64,000 nucleotides of DNA from assembly GCF_041146345.1 (NCBI RefSeq), contig NW_027191404.1, forward strand, positions 2,232,001-2,296,000, written 5' to 3'. The stretch is from Neodothiora populina (Eukaryota). The stretch's first letter is position 1. The number at the start of each line of letters is the position of its first letter. Positions 1 through 15,059 of the stretch are shown here, in pieces. The position numbers were made by a program, and so were the translations under genes. The notes beneath the pieces were generated by a model. It ran no database searches and was not told where the DNA came from. It saw only the letters and a list, made by a program, of their open reading frames with translations.

Positions 1-399
1 CACGTGCTCGTTGACGATCCCGCTGAGCAGCTCTGGAGCCGTGGCTCCTCCACCGCGGTTATTGCTTGCTGTGGAACCGAGGCGGAGTTGTGATGGGGCG
101 TTGCCCACATGCTGTGGGGGCAGGAGGTGGGGGTTCGCTGCTTCTGTGTGGACGGTGCTTGATGCTGCTTCAGCGGGCGGGAGTACATGTGCGACTGACG
201 ACGAAGAGATAGAATGACGGGGTGGGAGTGGCGGTAGCACGATTCTTTGTACTGGTCGTCGTGGTGATCTGCTCGTTGACGCTCTGTGCGGTGCTGGAGT
301 CGTATGTTGAAATGTCGGCGTAAAGGCGTGGAGGCTCGTGGCGGTTGTGTGAGATGGCTTGATAATCCTGATACCTGGAATGTTTGGAGTTTTTGCCAT
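1..399 (-). CDS. 5' part of a hypothetical Pro/Ser/Thr-rich protein running off the window edge
   Basis: ATG at 399; 133 codons with no stop to position 1 (MAKTPNIPGIRIIKPSH...ELLSGIVNEHV); no recognisable domain. Confidence 0.5.
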   Translation of the reverse strand, partial: MAKTPNIPGIRIIKPSHTTATSLHAFTPTFQHTTPAPHRASTSRSPRRPVQRIVLPPLPPRHSISSSSVAHVLPPAEAASSTVHTEAANPHLLPPQHVGNAPSQLRLGSTASNNRGGGATAPELLSGIVNEHV

Positions 400-851
400 T
401 TCTAGCTATGGTGAGGTAGTAATGTATGGAATGATACTGGCGACACTGAGCTTGAGTGTATGATTGATGATTCTTGAGAGATGGTATGAATATGATACAG
501 CAAGTTTGACCATTCACAAAGCGCTGCTATTCAACAGATACGGAAGGCACGATGCCAATGCTGGGTTGACGTTATGAAAGGGTAACATAGTGCTTGAATC
601 TTAGGTCCGTATCCAAGAGAAAGAGAAATATGATCCAGCTTCATTGGAGATATCTCTGTGGTATTGATATGTGCGTGATACTTTTGTCTATCAACAATAG
701 AAGGATTCTGCCCTGCGCATCAACCAGGCAACTCAACATATGTAAGTCCATCCAAGTAACGTTACAATGCAGAGTTATTTGCCCATCATAGCATATTGGG
801 CTGTCCCTTATTGCCAGGTACCAGCGGATTTCATTGCCATTATCAGACAGC

Positions 852-2002
852 CTACGCCTTCAGACGGTGCGTCTGGAGATCTTCCTGAGCGTCCGCAACA
901 AGGAAACTAGACTCGGTGTCAGAGATGTAAACACTACTTGTCACTTGATGCAAAAAACCTACTTGTACCAAAGAATCGTGGGTAGAACCGTCGCCAAATG
1001 CCACAGACTGTGCGCGTCGAGCATGCCATGCCACGGCGGAAAGTCGAACAGCTCCAAGCTCATGGCAAGAATAATCCACGCAACACAAATACCCGGCAAA
1101 GCCGCATAGACCTTTCTCGACTTCTGGTATTTGGTGATACTGAACCAGCTCCACAGAACGTTCTGAACAATGCCGACGACCACGTTCGCCGCCATGTTGT
1201 AGGTGTAGTCGAAGCTCCAGAAGCTGAGATAGCTTATGTGGGCCAGATACAAGGAAATACAGATCCATGTCCAGGCGCGCACAAGACTGTCGTTCATAGG
1301 CGTGTCCTTGTCCAGTCTAAAGATCCGGATAGGAGTGTAGTAAAGTCCGTACATGACGCTCGCGCCTGCGCCAAAGTAATCGAGCTTCTCCGTGATGTTG
1401 AAGTCGCGCGTGTGAAAAATCATGCTGAAGATCCAGCTCGCCAGCCCAAAGTATCCGAAGAGAAGATAGTATTTCCGCAGCAGGTAGCTGGCCGGTATGG
1501 ACTCGCGCAACTGGGACATGCCATAGTCGTGCGCGAGGAAGTTGAGCAGGGAGAAAACAACCGCAAAGGGCTCTTGCATACCCAGGAAACGGTAGAAAGG
1601 CCATTTGCCGTGGAACTGGAGCACTGGCTCTCGGTAGGGCGGTTCTCGTGCTAAGCGCGTGTCGGTCACCACATGTTGACAGGTGTAGTCGCACTCTGAG
1701 GGACAGTCCCAGAGAAGTAGCCGGTGCTGAAGCGCTGTACACTATCGTCAACACCAATAATCTGATTTTCCTGCTCGGATTTCGAATCACATACAAATGG
1801 GAGGGCCATCAGGTCCACAGTTGCTGGCGATACATTCCTATTCAAATAACATCTCAGTATTTATTCCACAGCAAAAGGAGGAGTCGATTCTACGTACCTT
1901 CACGCAGTCCTTGAAGTCCGGAAGTCTATCACCAAGAGAGGCATTGCTCGCAACAAAAAGAGAAGACAAAGCCAAGGCTATCAACTGTCCTTTCAAACGC
2001 AT
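852..2002 (-). CDS. PER1: Per1/PGAP3 GPI lipid-remodelling protein (multi-exon)
   Basis: Signal peptide then ASLGDRLPDFKDCVK, LLWDCPSECDYTCQH, QFHGKWPF, QEPFAVVFS, FHTRD, LELFDFPP, DAHSLWH; GT-AG introns join the frames. Confidence 0.93.
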
Positions 2003-2168
2003 CGTTGCTACCTACTCATTGGAGTTTGTCGTAAAGTCGCATCAGCTTAATTCGCTGTTATTGTTGTTCCTGGACGAGGAGACCAGGTCCGAGCTGGCGT
2101 CATGATTGAGCCCTGATAAGATTGTAGAAATTTATATACAGCTAGGAAAGGCACTCACTTTATCGATT

Positions 2169-2262
2169 GGGCTTGTAGCGCAGTGGTAGCGCGTCTGCTT
2201 TGCATGAGTCGCTCAGATATCTTGTATGCTGAAGGTCTTGGGTTCGATCCCCAACAAGTCCA
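2169..2262 (+). tRNA. tRNA-Ala(UGC) with a 22-nt intron (2205-2226)
   Basis: Acceptor stem GGGCTTG/CAAGTCC with the G3:U70 Ala determinant, D arm GCGC-AGTGGTA-GCGC, anticodon TGC at 2201-2203, T arm TTGGG-TTCGATC-CCCAA, followed by an oligo-T Pol III terminator. Confidence 0.93.
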
Positions 2263-2617
2263 TCCTTTTTGAACGTTCTCTCATGCTGGATACACACTTA
2301 TCTTTGCGTCGCGGATTGCTGCTTTCCTGTGTAACAACTTGTTAATTATGTGGGTGTTTGTTGGCCAGCTCAACAGGGAGGTTTCCCAAGCAGATGGCTG
2401 ATGAGCAGTGGTGGGCGATTTCACAAATACTTGGACTACCTTAAAAATGTATAGGACACTTGCAGTAGTTCCCCGAACAATGCTTGCATTGAACGTTGGC
2501 ATAGCACTTGGGATATAATCTTACACAGAGACTTTGAAATGTTACATTGATACTAGGTATACATACGAGTGTGTAGGGACATAGACTTGCTGCAGCACAT
2601 GGTAGCTATCATTCCCC

Positions 2618-4197
2618 TCAGCCCGCCTTTGGCGCTCTGCCATCAGCCTCATTCGCGGATCCAGACTTGGCCATAAGCAGCTGTCCAAGCATATCAATGG
2701 CTCCATCAGGATCATCTTTATTGTACAAAAAGAGACCTTGCAGAGCAGCAGTGCTGACGGCATCGACAAGATCATATTGCTTCGCCCGCTCGATGAACAG
2801 CGCCTTCTTGCTGCCGTCTTGATCAGAGTGCGCGTAGAATCGCTCCCACATCTGTTCCATCTGCCACTGCGTGGCTTCGCCTAGTCTCACCGTCATGTCG
2901 ACTCTTCCGGGCCTGATGAGCGCTTCGTCAAGCCGGTCGATGTGGTTCGTCGTCATGAATATCACTCTCTCCTCTGCGCTCGCTACGCCATCGAGAGCAT
3001 TCAAGAGACCAGAGAATGTCACAGTGGCTCCGCTGTAGCCGTCTTCCTGGCGCTGCATGCGGTTGTTGAAGGCTGCGTCGGCATCTTCTAACAAAACGAA
3101 TGTCCGCGGTGGTAGATTCAGCAGCATCTTGTTCAGGAGATCGTCCGTGAGTCCTCGCTCGCTGAGACTCAACATGGCGATTCCAAAGTCGAGACTTCCG
3201 GCCAAAGCTTGCACAAAAGATGTCTTGCCGGTTCCGGGAGGACCGTGGAGCAAATAGCCTCTTCGATACGGGATGCCACGGTCGAGATACCAGGTGCGGG
3301 CGTCGAGAAACTCTTTGACGTCGCCTCGAATGTGATCAGCAAGACCTTCCTCCAGAACCACTGATTCGAATGGCCGTTTCCGTTTCGCATCACCTAGCGG
3401 AATCCATGATTGCTGGCCTCTGGTGTAGATGACTGTCTTGCCTTCAATGTTCTGCTGAGAGAAAGCATGTGCCTGCTGGAAGATTTCCTCGAATATGTGA
3501 CGGTACGCATAAAGAGTAGTGAGCGTGATTGTCTCAAAGGGCTGGCCACTGGAATCGAAGGACTTTCCAATACGCTCTCGATTCACCGCAAGGAACGTGT
3601 TCTGGAAGCGCAGTATGTGTTTACCATTACCAGGAACCAGAGAGAAATGTGTTTGCGAGCCGCCACCTGGCAGATTCACGTTGTCGGTCCGGATCTGTAA
3701 ATGATGTAGTCCAGGAGTGAAACGACGAATCAACGACTCCATCATCCCTACTTTGCTGTGAGGTATGTTCAGTCTCTGATGAAAGTCGGATATAACTATT
3801 ACAAATATACATACCCTCCCTGCGCAGTAGCAGTCAGTTGCTCCTGGTACTGCCTCGTCATCCAATCCAATACCCAAGGGTACGATTTATCATGGCGCGT
3901 GATCTCGATATCTACAAGCAAACGATGGCGCAACAATTCGGAGCCGCGTCTCAGTCCTTGCTGCCCGAATCGCATTGCTGCACCTAGACCGGCCAGTCCG
4001 AATCCCTATCTTGCAATTAGCGACTATTCAATGCGTTCTTTACTTGTACATACGGCGGTGAAAAAAGGGTTAGCAGCAAGCTGCTGAAATATTGAGCCCC
4101 CTCCATCAACATTCTCAGTCAAAGCCTTCAATGCCTGTCCCTTGGTGGCAGCAGGGCCGTCAGGCGGCGGCGACTTGATTGCCACATTTTGATCCAT
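2618..4197 (-). CDS. BCS1: Mitochondrial AAA chaperone Bcs1 (3 exons)
   Basis: NPFFTA|GFGLAGLG transmembrane region, KRKRPFESVVL, WYLDRGIPYRRGYLLHGPPGTGKT (Walker A), LLEDAD, VTFSGLLNALDGV, ALIRPGRVD. Confidence 0.95.
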
Positions 4198-4509
4198 CAA
4201 CTCGACTGTAGTTCGGCTGCCATTCGCTAGTGGTGAATTCGGAAGTCAGAAAATATATGCCAAGACAGATTCAACTCCCCACGAATCAAGATTAGCGCGC
4301 ATTCCGTAACGCGTTTCAGGCCCTTATCGTCCTTATCGGAGCGCGTTTGTGGAGATCCTGCTGTCTAAAGTACTTGTGTATATTATTTCTCCACAACATC
4401 AATCCATCTGCCTACAGTACCTTGCTTCCTGCACTTTTGTTGTCTATAACTTCTTTGTTGAAATCATCATCTAGTGCTCGAGCTAGGTCTTGCACATGAC
4501 CCTTCCATA

Positions 4510-6008
4510 ATGGCAGATTCAGTCATACTTAACAGAGCTTCTTTCGAAGCTTTGCTGCAGAGGTATTTCCACTTTATTTGCTGTTATTACCGTTATGATA
4601 CTAACCCTTGCTAGGGCGGAAATTGTAAGCGTCCAAGGACGACATCTTGTCTGTGTCTTATCAAATTAATATATCGACATTTTAGAACCCGTCACATTCT
4701 TCGTCCGAAGCTACCTCTGATGCAGAATGTATCAACATCTCTCGTACTGAATACGACTTCTTGGTTTGTGATGACGTTCTGATGCTCATTCATTTGACTA
4801 ACTCCCTTCAGCACAAGACACTGCTTGAACATGGCACTCTGAGATATGCTCTGCTCGAAGGCGGAATTCCTCTAGACGCACTCGATCTGCTCTGTAAAGG
4901 AGTGCCCTCCCCAGATCAGAATCCTTCGGGCTCCACTCCAGTGCCCTGGGGCAGTCACTGCGAGAACAACGTCCCAGCAAACCAGTGTTACGACAACCCT
5001 AGCCAGCCAAGGCGCCAGCCATCTGGAAGAGACTACTCTAGCCCAAAACACACTCCTGGTGCGAACACTGCCGACGCCCCCTATGAATGGCATATGAGGT
5101 CCAACAACATGCAGAGACAAGATCAGGAACTGACTTGGCAGCAACAAAGCAGCTTCGGTGGACGCCCGCACACGCCCATGAGCTACTATGATCCCAGCGA
5201 AGTCTGTGAGAGTGACAGACAATCACAAAATATGAAATTCTCCCGTCGCGGCCAACGAACATTGCGTATTACTGGGCTTTCCGAATTTGTCACTTACAAG
5301 GACCTCACTGATTTGATTCGCGGCGGCCAGATCTTATATATCACAAGACGTGATGTCCAAAGCGCTGCTGTGTTCATGCTGGAGGGAGCCGCAGAGTTCT
5401 TGGCTCATGTCAAACGCAACGATCTCTACGTAAAGTCAAAACGGGTATGTCGTGCACAAGGTGTCGGTCAGGCAGTAACTAATGATTTGCAGCTGAGTGT
5501 CGAGTGGAGCGATTATCAATACTCGCTCTCCCCTTTTGTTGGGCGCAAGATTGCCGCTGGTGCGACTCGCAACCTCGTCCTCCGCAAGGCGTCAAGCATC
5601 GTTGACGTGACCGAAATCCGTGAGCATTTGCAACACATCCACCAGTTTGACATCATACACGTCGAGATCCGAGGCAAGGATGTTATCATCTACACCAACT
5701 CGGTACACAATGCCCTCTTCGCTCGTACGTGTATGATGTCCCGTAAAGCATATAAAGGTTTCAAGATTGAGTTCTTTCCTGACGAATGTGCCGGTCCCTT
5801 GCCGATAATACACCAAACAGCGCCTGCTCCCAAGGACACAGAAAAGAAACAGAGTATGACCAATTTGTTCCAAGTCCTCAACCTGGACAGCTCGGTCGAA
5901 GATGAAAACCGTCCACCTGGACGTAGAGATGACGATGACGATATCGATGACAGTGACGGCAACACCACTCTCAACACAGACTGGCACGACCAGGGCGTTG
6001 GCCTGTGA
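4510..6008 (+). CDS. RRM-domain RNA-binding protein (Nrd1/Mrn1-like fungal family), 5 exons including a 10-nt microexon
   Basis: Spliced N-terminus MADSVILNRASFEALLQR-AEI-NPSH; two RRM-like units (RTLRITGL..DLIRGG; GATRNLVL..NSVHNALFARTCMMSR..IEFFPDEC). Confidence 0.75.
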
Positions 6009-6228
6009 TTGAGGAGGAACCCACAATTCGCTACACAATGTCCGTCTGAGCCCTGAACTCTTACTCAACTTAGGGGTTCATGTACAGACTCCCCTCAAGG
6101 TGTTCAGACGTATGCTCCTTGTTGAGCCCGGTCGACGCACCGCGATAGACACACGCAACATATTAGTGCTGAGACGTCACTGCAGAAAAGAAGGGCGTGT
6201 GAAGAGATAGGTTGCGACAAAAGGTGAG

Positions 6229-6251
6229 AGCAGCAGCAGCAGCAGTAGCAG
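6229..6251. repeat. Short (CAG)n microsatellite
   Basis: agcagcagcagcagcagtagcag. Confidence 0.7.
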
Positions 6252-6952
6252 ATAAGACGGAGGCTATGAGATGAGGAGTCTGCTTTGATTTTTCCCGGAC
6301 ATGGAGTTATTTTCTTTCAGCGGCATTATATACCCCACCCCATCGTTTACTCGTCTTCTAGCCTTTTCTTTTTTTCATGTTTTTCCAATGAATGATCATC
6401 AGACATTATTATGTTCAGCGGCATCGAGTACACCACCTTGTCGGATTACCAGTTTCGTCATGAGAGCGTTCTACAAATTCAATGCATCTATTTCCTAGTA
6501 ATCGAGCCGGTTTCCCAAAGTGATCTAGCTACCTACCTTGGCGGGAAGAATCTACCAAGATGATCGAGTCACTTCCTGCAGCATGAGACCCACAAGGCAC
6601 GTGGATGGATTGAAAGGCTATAGTAAGGTATGTAAGGTAGGTAAGAGAGCATGCCTACACGGACGAAGAACTATATAAAACCGCTGGACTATCTACCTAC
6701 AAGAACAAATCGACCTTTCCCTGACCCAAATCCAATGTGATTCTGACTCCGATGTAGTATATCCCAATCACGAGGTAGACAGGAGTCCCATCTCTCCGCT
6801 TCCATCATTAATCCAACCCATTCCGTCCTGCTCTCCCCTTTCCTAATCGTGAAACCCCGGTGCAAAGTGAACACCCCACATATCTACAACACCACCACTC
6901 TTACTCCACCAACCCCCACGGAACAAGGACAATACCGAGAAGAAGAACAAGA

Positions 6953-9900
6953 TCAAGCAATAGCCTTAAGCGCGAACCCAAACAGCGAATCCATACTAAC
7001 CCAGCCCCAGCCGCTCTTATCCAGATACGAATCCACGACGCGCCTACACGTGTCCCATCTGGTCCTATTGACCTCGAGCGCGACCTTATTCTTCTCCCTC
7101 TCCTCTCCTTGCACTGAAGCAGAACCCTTGACCAAACCCTCTACGGCTTTGTCCGTGTCGAACATCCTCTGCAGGAATAGGAGCTGGTTGTACAGCATTT
7201 TCTCCGAGTACTCGAACGTCATGCGGCCGGAGCAGCCGTGCGCGAGACCGCGTGGGCCGAGGCAGCGGTGCCCGTAGACGCTCATTTGCCGCGTGCGGTT
7301 GTTGCAGGTTGCTTCGTCGCAGATCAGCCAGCCGCTGTAGTATTGGGCTGTGTGGGCGCGGATCTGAGACTCGAGTTGTGCGACGAGGGTTAGGTTTGGC
7401 ATTGTGCGGTTGCAGGAGGGGTGGGGGCAGGTGATGCCTTCGTGGGTGAGGAGAGCCGAGGGGTACATTTCTTCCTCGTCGGAGGGGGAGGCGGACAGGC
7501 CGCGGTATTGGAAGCGCTGGCGGCATCCTAGGCATAAGAGACCGAGGGGGTCGCAACCTTTGAAGCGGATATTGTCTGGGATTTGCGATTCCAGAGGGTG
7601 GATCTCGTTGTCGGTGTTGCCGATTGCGTTGCTTGCTGTGCTGACGCGGTATTTGCTCGTGTCTAGACCCAGACATTCCGCTAACAAGGTCACGTTCGTG
7701 CCGTCGATTGGCGCGCAGAGACGCTCCACCGGAGGCAGGATTTGCTTGTGGAGGTAGTAGTCCACGTCCGGCGTGAGTCCGTTCTCTGCGCGCAGCACCT
7801 CGTCGACAGGGTATGCATTGCTGGCGGCCTTTTGGGCGGATCCAGAGGCTTCGCCGCAGATGATGTACGACATAACGTCCTTCGCTTTGACTTGCTTGCC
7901 CTTGGCCATGAGCTTGAGCGCTACTTGTACAGAAGGCATACTGTCGGCGTTGGGGTAGTCCTGTGGAGCCTTGCCGAGCTGAGTGTAGATGGTGTACTTG
8001 CGGAGCGGGATGCTGTTGGCCTTCATGTTTGCGGCGACCTCCCGCAGGTAATCATGGATCTGCTGTACCACTGTCTCTGGCTCTTCTCCGGAAAGGAGAT
8101 AGTTCAGCAGTTCCGTAGAAGTCTCCTTGCTCAAGGCACAATACTCCCTTCTCCTCATATCCAGACCCTTGACTTCCAGTTGGTCTATCCACTTGCCGTT
8201 CTTCTCAATCATGTTGACAGCTGCGTACTTCTTCTTTGCGTGAAGCAAAAGTCGACGAAAGATGTTATCAATGTCGATTTCGAGAAGTTCGTAGCGTTCG
8301 TTGACACTCTTCTTGAACTCGTTGCCAATCTTCATGGCGTCGGCAATGTTGTCAACGTTTGTGTTGACCATGACTGAATCAGTGTCACCATAGATGACCT
8401 TGAGCCTATGCTCCCCCTCGGCAAGGTCCTTTGTCGATTGGAGAATCTCACGACCTTTCGAGGTTGTGAGCATAGCAAGTGGTCTCGCATAGAAACGTGA
8501 CTTGGTGTATCCCAGACAACCGTACATGGAGTTCGCGGTGAGCTTTAGAGCGGTCTGCTTGATATCGTACGTAGCAATCTGTTCGGAGGTAGCAGTCTTG
8601 TCCTTCATGAGTTTCTTGACTTCACGACGTCGCTGAACCAGAGTTCGAATGAGACGAGGCAAAATGCCCTTGTTCGCCGTATCGGTCGGTACTTCTGGAC
8701 ACTTCTCATCGTCCTCTCCAAGATCTCCTCGCTCGACGGTAGTAAAGCAAATGTTGTACTCCTGGATGATACTGGGGTAAAGAGAGTTGAAGTCCATGAC
8801 GAGGATGAACTTGTCGTAGAGTCCTTTTTCAGGCTCGAAGACGAGACCTCCCTTGTACTTGTCCTTCTTCTTGGCCGTGGTATCTTCTCCTTCGGGGTTG
8901 TCATCCTCCGACTTCTGCTGTTTGCCCTTGTTGTATAGCTTGTCTGGGCAGATGTATTTGTTGCGGTGAAATTCATGCAACAGAATGTATTCGTTGCGCT
9001 CTGCTCTTGTGCCACTCAAAGTACGAGCCCAAGAGTTTCCAGCGAGGTTAGTCAGAATCTTGGTGAGAGGCAGCATCTGCACCTTGATCGCAACAGCGGA
9101 GATAAAGTACGTGTCGGCTTCGACCAGCTTGACGTAGTTCATGAGTCCTGCTCGTGAACCAGCCATACGCAGTGCGGCCTCGGCGTCCATCTCACGTCGT
9201 TTGTTGTCACCAGCGAGAATCAAGTCGACCATCTCGTCCAGACTCCAAGACTGACACTTTGTCATCAAGGACTTGCCCATGTCGTTGGCCAGATCGCAGA
9301 GCAATCTTCCTGCAGCGAGTTGGCGCTCAACGTAGAAGCTGCCACCGCCCTTGCCGATGTTCTTGGGCCAGTCCACGCGCTTCAGACGGCCTATGCGATG
9401 CCAGCCCGGCGTCTTCCTGTCACGCATTCTGCTCAACAGGAGACTGTAGTCTACATCGTCAAGGCGGTGTCCCATGAGCACGTCTGGATCAGCTTTGGCC
9501 AGCAAAGCGAGGAACATGCTGAGCAGAGCACCCTCGGTCTTTTCCATCTTGATCACAGCAGATTGTCCCCTGTGTTTCTCCACGTCCATGCTGAAACCGA
9601 CGGGATACTGGCCATTTGGACGCATCACTGTGAAGGTCCTGCTGGGCAGCTTTTCGGCAGGCGTGGTATCGGTCAAGGATACATTCTCGTAGATGCGGGC
9701 GCTTGCCACGAGGATCTCTTGCTTATTGTCCTTGACATTCATCGTGGTGCGGAGAGCAATAGACATGAGCGTCAGGGGAGGTGCCTCGAGATTGTCAGAG
9801 TCGCCGAGTGTGGTGATCATGCCTGGTTTGTTTACACCCAACTCGAGCTTGCACCAGGATGCGTTGTTGACGGCGTTGAAGTTGGCAGCTTCGGCGTCGA

Positions 9901-11440
9901 CTTTGAGCCAACATGGGCCCATGATGTTCTTCCAGAGCACAAACTGCTCGAAAAGGGCGGTGTTGGTTCCGAAGACATGTGAAAAGGTTTCGCCTTGCAG
10001 ATCTACTGGAAGAGGAGCTTTGTCGTATGAGTACAGCAACTTGAGATAATCTGCCTCCTTCGGGATGTCTGGCAATTCGAAAGCGTATTTCCTCGAGCAA
10101 GGCTTGGTCTTGTGCTCATGCACACCCATTTTCCCCATGATCTTGCCCACTTCATCGTAGACATCTCCCATGTCGACCTCCTCGCCGGTCTCACGACCGT
10201 GCTTCTGACGATACTCTCTCGGCAGAAAGTAGAGTTTGCGAAGGATATTGTCGACTTTGATGAAGCAACTCACAAACTGGCCTGACTTCTTGTCCTTGAC
10301 CTTGCCGAACAAGCACAGACTGCCGTTGATCTCGGTGTAATCAGTCCAGAACATGCGCAGGCTGCCATCCTCCTCGACTGCGTCCTGAGCAGCCAGCTTT
10401 CCAGCGGTCACGGCCTCAGAAGGCGCGGGGCTGCTCAGGAGGTTGAGCTTGTCGGTGACATTGGCCCAGGCGGGCAGCTCAACGACATCTGGGGCTGGGC
10501 GAGTAGGGGATGAACTCTCCGGGGTCGGGTAGTCTTGCTTCTTGATGGGCTTGAGTACAGGCCTGCTGCCTCGGAGATTCACGCTCGCTCCACCGGCGGC
10601 AGCATGGGTTGTGACTTGTGCGACCTCTAGCATGTCGTCGTCTTCCTCGTCTTCTTCTACTTTGATAGGCTTCTCTTTTCTCTGCACGGCCTTGACCACT
10701 GGCGAAGAAGGGATCACGTCGCTCATGTGAACATCGTCGTCTGGAGGGGCATAAGAGGGTTCGTCGTCGGCGATGGCAGGCGCCGGCGACTGATCTCGCT
10801 GTGGTAGAGACTCGGTTTGGCGACTCGACACCTTGCGAGGTCTCTCGACAGGCGGAGACAGGACTCTTGTTTTTCGTCGGTTCTCGCTCTTGACGGGCTT
10901 CATCTGCCCCATGGGACGGCGACTCGGTAGGTTTGTGTTGACTTCGCCCAACAGATCTGCCATGAATGCCGCATCCGCCGCCGAGGTTGCTTGTTTGGGC
11001 TTTGTTGCTGTCACTGTGCTCTGGGCATTGTTGAAGTATTTGCTGATGCCGTTGTTGATCTTGGCCTTTTGTGCTGCGTCCTCGTCACGCTTTCGTTTCG
11101 CTGGATTGGTGTGAGTCTTTTTGTCAAGTTCCTGTCAACGCCATGAATATAGCTTACCTGCTTTCCCCCTGCCAGGAAGATCATTCTCGCTCTCCGAATC
11201 GTAATCGTTCCGTCTCTCATCCTGCCAGTCTTCACGCCCATCGTCGGCGTAACCCTCGCCATTGTCGTCGACGACAAAGTCGTCCTCATCTAGTCGTTTC
11301 CTGACAATCTTCTTGTAGTGGTCTTCGTCGACGGTCTCGTAGAGCTGAGCCTCTTCCTTGACTTGATATGAGTCGAAATTGGTCTTGCCCGACTGGCGTG
11401 CTGCACGCAGGGCTGAGAGTTGCTCTGCCCGTGAAGGCAT
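6953..11440 (-). CDS. POL1: DNA polymerase alpha catalytic subunit (intron 11101-11157)
   Basis: N-terminal DDFVVDDNGEGY; family-B motifs DFNSLYPSII, KLTANSMYGCLG, YGDTDS; C-terminal Cys zinc-binding domain. Confidence 0.97.
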
Positions 11441-11607
11441 CTTCGGTGACGGCGGGAGTCAGAATATTGTGGGACAATCGTCTGATCCAGATTTGAAAAG
11501 AGGTGTAATAGATATGCAAGTGGGTATAATGTGTGTATGAAATCAATCTGAGGATGGGGAGAGTCGGTGTAAGAGGGAGGAGAATACAGAGAGAGTTGCC
11601 AAAGAGA

Positions 11608-11658
11608 GACGCGCCACGGAAACGCGACTTACGCATCGGGAATCTCGCGTCGCGCGAC
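11608..11658. promoter_or_regulatory. Cluster of MCB-like (CGCG-core) cell-cycle elements upstream of POL1
   Basis: ACGCG (11609), AAACGCG (11620), TCGCGT (11645) and CGCGCG (11651) within 50 bp, about 170-220 bp upstream of the POL1 ATG. Confidence 0.6.
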
Positions 11659-11965
11659 AATTGATCTTTAAGGGAAGGTACTGTGACTTAACCATTCGTC
11701 GCTGAGCAACGGCCAATCACAGTCTTCGCTATTCCACTCGCTGCGCTACATGATTCATGCAGACCTTGTGATATGCACTGTACGCCACAGAACATCGGCT
11801 TTTACCTGCCCATATTGCACTTTACTATCGCTGTATATTGAACATTAGAAGATCAAAAGAAACCATTATTCTTAAAGCATACTTGAATAGTATTTGCAAG
11901 ACCCACAACCGACCCTCACATGATAGCTCGTGTATGTTTTGCAACCACACCTCATATCCTCGATC

Positions 11966-11995
11966 CATCTCATCTCATCTCATCTCATCTCATCT
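11966..11995. repeat. (CATCT)6 pentanucleotide microsatellite
   Basis: Six perfect CATCT units. Confidence 0.9.
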
Positions 11996-12145
11996 CAACA
12001 CCCCCGTCTCCCCCAACATGCATAATTACATGTAGTAGAATAAAAGCATATCACTTCACGATGCCAACTGATAAACCTCCACGTACCCCATCTCATACCA
12101 TAAACCCACAATAGAAAAGCAGGAGAAAGCAAAACCAAAACCAAA

Positions 12146-12721
12146 ATGCCCGAATCCCGCTCCAAGGAACCCCTGGTCTGGATCGACTGTGAAATGACCG
12201 GCCTGGACCTATCCAAAGACACCGTGATGTCCCTAGCCTGCTTCGTGACCGACGCAGACCTAAGCTTCCTCGACGAAGCCGGCTACGAGGCCTTCATCTC
12301 GCACACCCAGGAGCAAATGGACGCCATGGGCGACTGGTGCAAAGCCCACCATGGCAAAAGTGGTCTGACGGCGACCTGTCTGGACCCCACCAAGACAAAG
12401 TCCGCCGAGCAGGTCGCTGATGAGCTTCTCGAGTATATCCAGAGGTTCTGCCCGGAGCGGAAGAAGGCGCTGCTTGCTGGCAATACGGTTCATGCTGACA
12501 AGGCGTTTCTCGTTCAGGAGCCTTACAGGAAGGTCATGAGGCATTTGCATCACCGCATCCTTGATGTCAGCGCTATAAAGGAGGCTGCGCGCCGATGGGC
12601 CCCCGTCGATGCTCTGAAAGCTGTACCGCGGAAGACCGGCAAGCATGAGGCCAAGTCTGACATTCTGGAGAGCATTGAGGAGGCCAGATATTACCGTGAT
12701 GTCTTCTTCAAGAAGGACTGA
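12146..12721 (+). CDS. REX2: Oligoribonuclease (DEDDh 3'-5' exonuclease)
   Basis: PLVWIDCEMTGLD, LAGNTVHADKAFL, RILDVSAIKE, HEAKSDILESIEE. Confidence 0.93.
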   Translation: MPESRSKEPLVWIDCEMTGLDLSKDTVMSLACFVTDADLSFLDEAGYEAFISHTQEQMDAMGDWCKAHHGKSGLTATCLDPTKTKSAEQVADELLEYIQRFCPERKKALLAGNTVHADKAFLVQEPYRKVMRHLHHRILDVSAIKEAARRWAPVDALKAVPRKTGKHEAKSDILESIEEARYYRDVFFKKD

Positions 12722-13238
12722 ACCCGCGAGTGAATGTCGCGTAGCCACAGCCGAGCACGACGCACTCGGCCTTGACAGTACGGCACTGGTACGGACCGGT
12801 CCTTGTCGAGCTCTACCGTCTCAGTCAAGAGGCTGTTCCTAGAGTGCCACAAGCGCAATCGCCCTCGGTTGGCTGGCCCCCTCTTTTCAATACGGTCATG
12901 CGGAACCCACGTGGTGTTCTTTGTCTTGCTTGCAAGCATGGTCTGTCGTCAATAGAGGCAGAGATCGCGTCGAACAACACGCCTTGCGGAACCGACGATA
13001 CAACATTGGCATCGGGCATCGAACATCTATCCTCAGATATGATGGATGGACCACGACAGAATTCACAAGCAATCAGCCAGAAACAAGGAAAGTGTGTGCA
13101 TAGTTTGAGAGATCGGATCTTTTTGGAGGTTATATATATGTATGGGATCTTATGTGGTATGAAAATGCTCCGACTCTTCTCATCATCGTCATCATCATTA
13201 TCAGCCCTTCTTGTTAGATTTTGACATGACAAAATCGC

Positions 13239-15059
<1,821 letters not shown>

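Noticed and set aside
12772..13232. Opposing 150-aa and 135-aa ORFs between REX2 and PGM
   Set aside because: No recognisable domain, and they run through AT-rich 3' UTR-like and microsatellite sequence
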